Origin: a virus
Lineage: Duplodnaviria > Heunggongvirae > Uroviricota > Caudoviricetes
Reading direction: 5' to 3' (one strand)
DNA: 64,000 bases
IMG/VR virus record: IMGVR_UViG_3300025015_000009
Coordinates: 192,001-256,000 of that record
The notes beneath the pieces were generated by a model. That model saw only the letters and a program-made list of their open reading frames with translations, searched no databases and was not told where the DNA came from. Below, one piece after another: positions 59,673-64,000 of the stretch (position 1 is the first letter of the stretch; each line of letters opens with the position of its first letter). The translations under genes were made by a program, and so were the position numbers.

Positions 59673-59930
59673 TTACTCCGAGTTCGTGCTGAGTTGCATA
59701 CTGTCGACGTATTGTTTTGTTGCATATGATGGCATAAGTCGCGGTTCAGCGTATGCAGGCGCCGAAAGCGTTTTAAGTAGTAACCACGCAGCGTACTCTT
59801 CTTCGGTTACCTCCTCTACTAAGTACTCATCGTCAAAAGATCGATAATACCTACATTGATGTCTGGCAGTGTCTTTATCAAGATATTGAATCGCGTCCGT
59901 CGGTCGGTATTTGTTATAGACCATCCACAT
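59673..59930 (-). CDS. MW.VY/WLL.KTL.AP family paralog 5
   Basis: MWMVYNK...EEYAAWLLLKTLSAP; GAGGAG Shine-Dalgarno. Confidence 0.8.
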   Translation of the reverse strand: MWMVYNKYRPTDAIQYLDKDTARHQCRYYRSFDDEYLVEEVTEEEYAAWLLLKTLSAPAYAEPRLMPSYATKQYVDSMQLSTNSE

Positions 59931-59987
59931 CCTGGGTACTCCTCACAGTAAACTGGTTAATACGCTCCTTCCTATAGTTCCCAGGTG

Positions 59988-60212
59988 TCAGTATTGTTTT
60001 CGACAAAATTCGTCGAAGGTCATTCTTCTTGGCTCCTGCGGCGCAGCCAGAGTTTTACATAGCAGCCACGTGTCGTGTGTGTCGGGCGGCACAAACTCTA
60101 TGCATTGGGTCTGATCGTCAAGGCACTTCGCGTGGCGATGTTCTTTTGCAGAGTCTTCATCAGGGAAAGACCTATTTTTGCTTGGGTTAAATTTATCGTA
60201 TAAGATCCACAT
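59988..60212 (-). CDS. MW.VY/WLL.KTL.AP family paralog 4
   Basis: MWILYDK...HDTWLLCKTLAAP; GAGGA Shine-Dalgarno. Confidence 0.8.
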   Translation of the reverse strand: MWILYDKFNPSKNRSFPDEDSAKEHRHAKCLDDQTQCIEFVPPDTHDTWLLCKTLAAPQEPRRMTFDEFCRKQY

Positions 60213-60423
60213 ATCTATCCTCAGAGAAGTCTGTACGTCGATCAGGAGCAGACAGAGTTTTTAGTAGTAACCAAGTATCATACTCGTTTACCGGAACACT
60301 CTCCACACAGTACAAATTGTTGCTGTTTTCATGCTGAATACGTATTCCTAATGCAACTGCTTCTTCTTTGTCTCGACACGTCACATTGTGGTTCGGATCA
60401 AATTTGTTGTATACTATCCACAT
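60193..60423 (-). CDS. MW.VY/WLL.KTL.AP family paralog 3
   Basis: MWIVYNK...EYDTWLLLKTLSAP; true start at 60423. Confidence 0.8.
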   Translation of the reverse strand: MWIVYNKFDPNHNVTCRDKEEAVALGIRIQHENSNNLYCVESVPVNEYDTWLLLKTLSAPDRRTDFSEDRYVDLIR

Positions 60424-60427
60424 TATG

Positions 60428-60610
60428 TTAACGTCGCGGAATTGGCGCAGCAAGAGTTTTGCACAGCAACCAATCATTATATTCATAATATGAGATCTTA
60501 TCCATTCCGCGCATTCGATAATCAACCATTTTAACGTAATCTTTTGCTGCTTGCTTAGAATAAAATCGTATGTTGATTTTAGGTGCGTCGATTTGATACA
60601 CAATCCACAT
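60428..60610 (-). CDS. MW.VY/WLL.KTL.AP family paralog 2
   Basis: MWIVYQI...EYNDWLLCKTLAAP; AAGGA Shine-Dalgarno. Confidence 0.8.
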   Translation of the reverse strand: MWIVYQIDAPKINIRFYSKQAAKDYVKMVDYRMRGMDKISYYEYNDWLLCKTLAAPIPRR

Positions 60611-60619
60611 TGCGCGTCC

Positions 60620-60868
60620 TTAAGTTGGTGTTAACAGGATAGAGAGTATCTTATGTAGTAGCCAAGAGGCGTGCTCACTGGCCAGACAGTTGTGAATGGC
60701 GAAATGGCCAGCTCGATAATTTACCATTTTCAGATATGTTGTTGCTGTTTTTTTAGAGTAAAACTGAACACTGTTTGCGGGGTTCACTTTCGGATATACA
60801 ATCCAAATTGATGCATCGTTGCCCTTTGTTGCACTGTTGTCTTTTAACAGGTTATTATCCGTTAACAT
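60620..60868 (-). CDS. MW.VY/WLL.KTL.AP family paralog 1 (N-terminally extended)
   Basis: IWIVYPK...EHASWLLHKILS. Confidence 0.7.
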   Translation of the reverse strand: MLTDNNLLKDNSATKGNDASIWIVYPKVNPANSVQFYSKKTATTYLKMVNYRAGHFAIHNCLASEHASWLLHKILSILLTPT

Positions 60869-61163
60869 GTTTGCATGTACCTCTAAACTGAAAACCAGGA
60901 CACGAGCAGGTTGTTGTTCCTGCTACAGTCTTAATCGTATATATGTTTCCGTTTGATCCCTGCGCTGTTCTAGTCTCAGATTTTGTTTCAGTAAAAATAA
61001 AGGGGTCGTTGTTAACTTTAACTACGTTCTTCATCATGATAACACGAAATGGGAAGTCTCGAATATCAGTTGACATTCGAAGAGAGTTCGGGGGATCGTA
61101 CTTTGCACTAGATACGATATCCCCGTTGTATACCTGTCCGGTGTTACATGTAATCGTGTCCAT
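60855..61163 (-). CDS. SWIM-type zinc finger protein
   Basis: GSNGNIYTI...CSCPGFQFRGTCKH. Confidence 0.8.
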   Translation of the reverse strand: MDTITCNTGQVYNGDIVSSAKYDPPNSLRMSTDIRDFPFRVIMMKNVVKVNNDPFIFTETKSETRTAQGSNGNIYTIKTVAGTTTCSCPGFQFRGTCKHVNG

Positions 61164-61165
61164 TG

Positions 61166-61729
61166 TTACACCATATACTGTTGTTCGAAGGTAGCCATTA
61201 TTGTGTCTGACTCGGCTTGACCTTGCTCGCAGATTCGACCGTAGTTGTCAGCCATCATGAATGCCTTGAAGCAAGGAAACCCGATCCCGATGCCTGGGTT
61301 CTTAAAATCATTAACAATTGCGATTTTCTTGGTGTTACCAACTACAGTCCAAAATGATTGATGATGCTCGATGAACCAACAGATTCGAATAACCTCAAAT
61401 GTAGTAAAGTTGTACCGGGACATAATCTCAGCAGCAATCTTAGCTGACGCAGCGTCGTGACCAGCAAAACTAAAATACTTGCCGCGTTGAGCGGATTCTT
61501 TAGCAACACGACATTGTGGTTTTCCAGTGTCGTGGAACAGGCAAGCAAACAGGCCAATGAAGAAGTCGTCGTTATCTTGTGAATAGTTGCTAGTGAATTC
61601 GTTGCACACCATCATAGTATGAACGTACACGGATTCTTCACGGTGATAGATCGAGTCTTCTTTGGTGTTTTTCATAACAGCGAAGATTGGTTCGTTGTTA
61701 AGTATTGTATTAAAAGTGTCGAAGTTCAT
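61166..61729 (-). CDS. HD-domain phosphohydrolase
   Basis: HREESVYVHT, LFHDTGKP, FAGHDAASA, EHH and ADNYGR motifs. Confidence 0.8.
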   Translation of the reverse strand: MNFDTFNTILNNEPIFAVMKNTKEDSIYHREESVYVHTMMVCNEFTSNYSQDNDDFFIGLFACLFHDTGKPQCRVAKESAQRGKYFSFAGHDAASAKIAAEIMSRYNFTTFEVIRICWFIEHHQSFWTVVGNTKKIAIVNDFKNPGIGIGFPCFKAFMMADNYGRICEQGQAESDTIMATFEQQYMV

Positions 61730-61756
61730 TGGTTGATTTGTGTACTCAATGTAAAC

Positions 61757-61784
61757 ATTATACACTCTTTAACCAAAAAGTCAA
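61757..61784 (-). promoter_or_regulatory. early sigma70 promoter cassette
   Basis: Identical core to 42197, 57036 and 57925; nearest promoter upstream of the HD-SWIM-paralog array. Confidence 0.85.
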
Positions 61785-61813
61785 CCAAAAAGATTGATTA
61801 TAACTCGTTGTTT

Positions 61814-62185
61814 CTATGTGATCTTACGAATCGAATCGAATCGCGATGCGTCGCTGTATAACTTTGTGCCACGCTCTCGTATTAGGTCAGCAGCATTTTG
61901 CGGGTCATCATCAAACAATTGCTCGATGTCTTCTTTATATATCTCAGGGGACCCATGGATTGAATATATCTCATATCGACGCTGCGAGTTTGCTCTTGCC
62001 CGCATAATCATATGAGACACCCTACTGTTAAGTTGTTGCATTACATCTGTTTGCACACCGGTTTTAATAACACCAAACAGTTCGTTGTCTTTTAGCTCTT
62101 TAACTGAGAAGACATAATCTAATCCAGTCATGTCCCAGGACACGATAAAGATATTAGTGTCGTCTAATTCAACGCTGGTAGTCAT
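61814..62185 (-). CDS. conserved phage hypothetical protein
   Basis: FIVSWDMTGL...MIMRARANSQRRYEIY...PQNAADLIRERG pattern; AGGAG Shine-Dalgarno. Confidence 0.75.
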   Translation of the reverse strand: MTTSVELDDTNIFIVSWDMTGLDYVFSVKELKDNELFGVIKTGVQTDVMQQLNSRVSHMIMRARANSQRRYEIYSIHGSPEIYKEDIEQLFDDDPQNAADLIRERGTKLYSDASRFDSIRKIT

Positions 62186-62192
62186 ATGGCTC

Positions 62193-62384
62193 CTAATGAA
62201 TTCTAGATTCGATTATGTTAGTACATGCAACGAGGGTAGGGTCGATTAGTACAACAGACTCAACACAACATTTCGCTCCGCGTTCGACTCTTGTTGCGAA
62301 CTCAGTGATTGCATCTTCTAGCGTAGTGGAATTGTCGTCGTAGTCTATACAAACTGACATAGTAATATCAATACCAACTCTCAT
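62193..62384 (-). CDS. hypothetical protein
   Basis: GAGGT Shine-Dalgarno, 63 aa. Confidence 0.6.
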   Translation of the reverse strand: MRVGIDITMSVCIDYDDNSTTLEDAITEFATRVERGAKCCVESVVLIDPTLVACTNIIESRIH

Positions 62385-62447
62385 GGTGTTACCTCTGTGG
62401 TGTTATTGTGCATCAACGATGCGTTTGCGATGTGACGTCTCATGTTA

Positions 62448-63395
62448 CTATAGAACTGGTAAGAATTTTCGGTATTCGTCTGACACAGAAGAAAGACACA
62501 CAACACTAGCTACTACCCCGTACAAGGGGACGATCTTGCCACACATGGCTTCTACCTGTGCGCGGTGCTCTTTGAAGTCTTTGTATATGTTGGGGATAGC
62601 CCAATATCGGGTCATCACAACATGTTTGGAGTGTGCCGCAACGTTTGCCTCGTCTTCTGTCAAATATACGCTAACAGGAGTATCGTTCATGTAACTCTTT
62701 AGCCAGGCGTCATCTTTAGTGTGCCTGACAATCCACACAGGGAATGCAGCGGCATACGCCATCTTCCGACGGCGAATGGTATCAAGTTGTCCGTGAATAA
62801 GCCCTAACTCTGTAGTATGTGCGCTCAAACCACCAGACACGTTGCGTAGATTGTCTATAAGGCGCGCCTCTTCTTGTTCTAGGGTTTCATCTGATCGATG
62901 ATCCCGGTGCGAGATCGGAATATCCCACACCATGCGTTGGGTTCTGCGATACCAAACCGTGAAGTCCAATGGCATATCCCCGTCACAGTCGCTACCCCAT
63001 TTCAGTTCTAGCATAGCGTTAACCAGCCCGTAAACCTGATCCAGTTGTTCTGGGGAAATATCAGGCCAATCCGCCCTATCATTGTCGGGGGACATCAGGA
63101 AGGTTTTCAACCCCTTCAGATAGGTATCCACTTGGTTTTCGTGGTTAACCAAGTTAAGGTAAGTCGCCCCTTCTGTGGAGAGCTTCCAGTCTTCCAGTAC
63201 CCCAAAAGCGGCATCGGCTTTTCCCTGCACCTCGCGATCAACTGTTTCGGAATACCCCAACTCCCCCGGTTCCGGGTAGTTGTTGACGGTATCTAAAGCC
63301 TTGGTGTACGCTGCAACCAGCGCCGCATGTTTTTCCTGTGAGGGGTTGCGCGCCAGTCCGTGTGTCGGGGTGTTGTTTGTAGTGGTATCTGTCAT
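62448..63395 (-). CDS. hypothetical protein
   Basis: 315-aa ORF, AAGGA Shine-Dalgarno. Confidence 0.75.
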   Translation of the reverse strand: MTDTTTNNTPTHGLARNPSQEKHAALVAAYTKALDTVNNYPEPGELGYSETVDREVQGKADAAFGVLEDWKLSTEGATYLNLVNHENQVDTYLKGLKTFLMSPDNDRADWPDISPEQLDQVYGLVNAMLELKWGSDCDGDMPLDFTVWYRRTQRMVWDIPISHRDHRSDETLEQEEARLIDNLRNVSGGLSAHTTELGLIHGQLDTIRRRKMAYAAAFPVWIVRHTKDDAWLKSYMNDTPVSVYLTEDEANVAAHSKHVVMTRYWAIPNIYKDFKEHRAQVEAMCGKIVPLYGVVASVVCLSSVSDEYRKFLPVL

Positions 63396-63497
63396 GTTTA
63401 TATCCTTAGTTGCGGTGTGGGTTATACTTCGGTGATTAGCTTGACTTCCGGCTTACGGTCAGTGCGTGTTTTGCACAGGTAGTGGTAGCTTACATAA

Positions 63498-63647
63498 TCA
63501 AAAGTCAGTTTGTCGGGAAAAATACATAATAGCCCCGTCGATAACCAAGCCTGTTACGCCGTGTGGTACGCTCAATTCCTGCACTTTCAAGCAATCCTCC
63601 TCGGATTTCCACACTAAGCATTTTTGGTACATTATAGAGGTAGTCAT
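63498..63647 (-). CDS. 49-aa early protein (not in ORF track)
   Basis: AAGGAG plus MTTSIMYQKCLVW...SRQTDF*, just downstream of the promoter at 63672. Confidence 0.55.
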   Translation of the reverse strand: MTTSIMYQKCLVWKSEEDCLKVQELSVPHGVTGLVIDGAIMYFSRQTDF

Positions 63648-63671
63648 GTTTGCTCCTTATTTGAAGAAGTC

Positions 63672-63699
63672 ATTATACACGTTCCCGTGTATTTGTCAA
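63672..63699 (-). promoter_or_regulatory. sigma70-type promoter
   Basis: TTGACA-16nt-TATAAT. Confidence 0.75.
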
Positions 63700-63753
63700 G
63701 TAATTGCAACGGCTACTGCGAGATATTTAAGTTGTTTTTTTCATGAGTAACCC

Positions 63754-63966
63754 TTAGTGATTACACTTGTCCATGCCGTAGCTGGTAAGAATGTCGGAAA
63801 CGACTTTTCCAGAACACATCCGCACGGTCAAACCAGCCGCTTTCCATGCAGCCACAGTAGGAGCAGAGTAATCTAGCGAATCTGGGTCAGCAGGAACAAT
63901 TCCGCAAATCTTGTCGCTCAGACCTTTAACAGCACAGTAATACTGACAGTTATCTGGGAACATCAT
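63754..63966 (-). CDS. hypothetical protein
   Basis: GGAG Shine-Dalgarno, 70 aa. Confidence 0.6.
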   Translation of the reverse strand: MMFPDNCQYYCAVKGLSDKICGIVPADPDSLDYSAPTVAAWKAAGLTVRMCSGKVVSDILTSYGMDKCNH

Positions 63967-64000
63967 GACTTTACTCCAGTATATAAATTGATTGTCTGTT

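Overview
This 64-kb window is part of a large lytic myophage genome with T4-like modules (jumbo-phage style), read in standard genetic code. From left to right it holds: the end of a baseplate-hub chaperone pair (gp26/gp51-like) joined by a probable -1 slippery site; a roughly 650-nt non-coding region rich in helices; a minus-strand block (Hc1 histone-like protein, gp46/gp47 recombination nuclease, a free-standing endonuclease, and a gp55-like late sigma factor interrupted by an intein); a plus-strand late block of baseplate and tail genes (7.7-32.9 kb) including a 4469-aa protein; a glycosyltransferase/radical-SAM/nucleotide-sugar cluster (33-47 kb) containing a secreted GH12 hydrolase; thyX; a MoxR/VWA pair; a second endonuclease paralog; and an early accessory region (54.6-64 kb). 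The accessory region has repeated sigma70 promoter cassettes, HREDGPA-repeat proteins, frameshifted lipoproteins, gene remnants and a tandem array of seven small paralogs. No tRNA, rRNA, CRISPR array, integrase or reverse transcriptase was seen. All family calls come from motif recognition by eye, with no database search.
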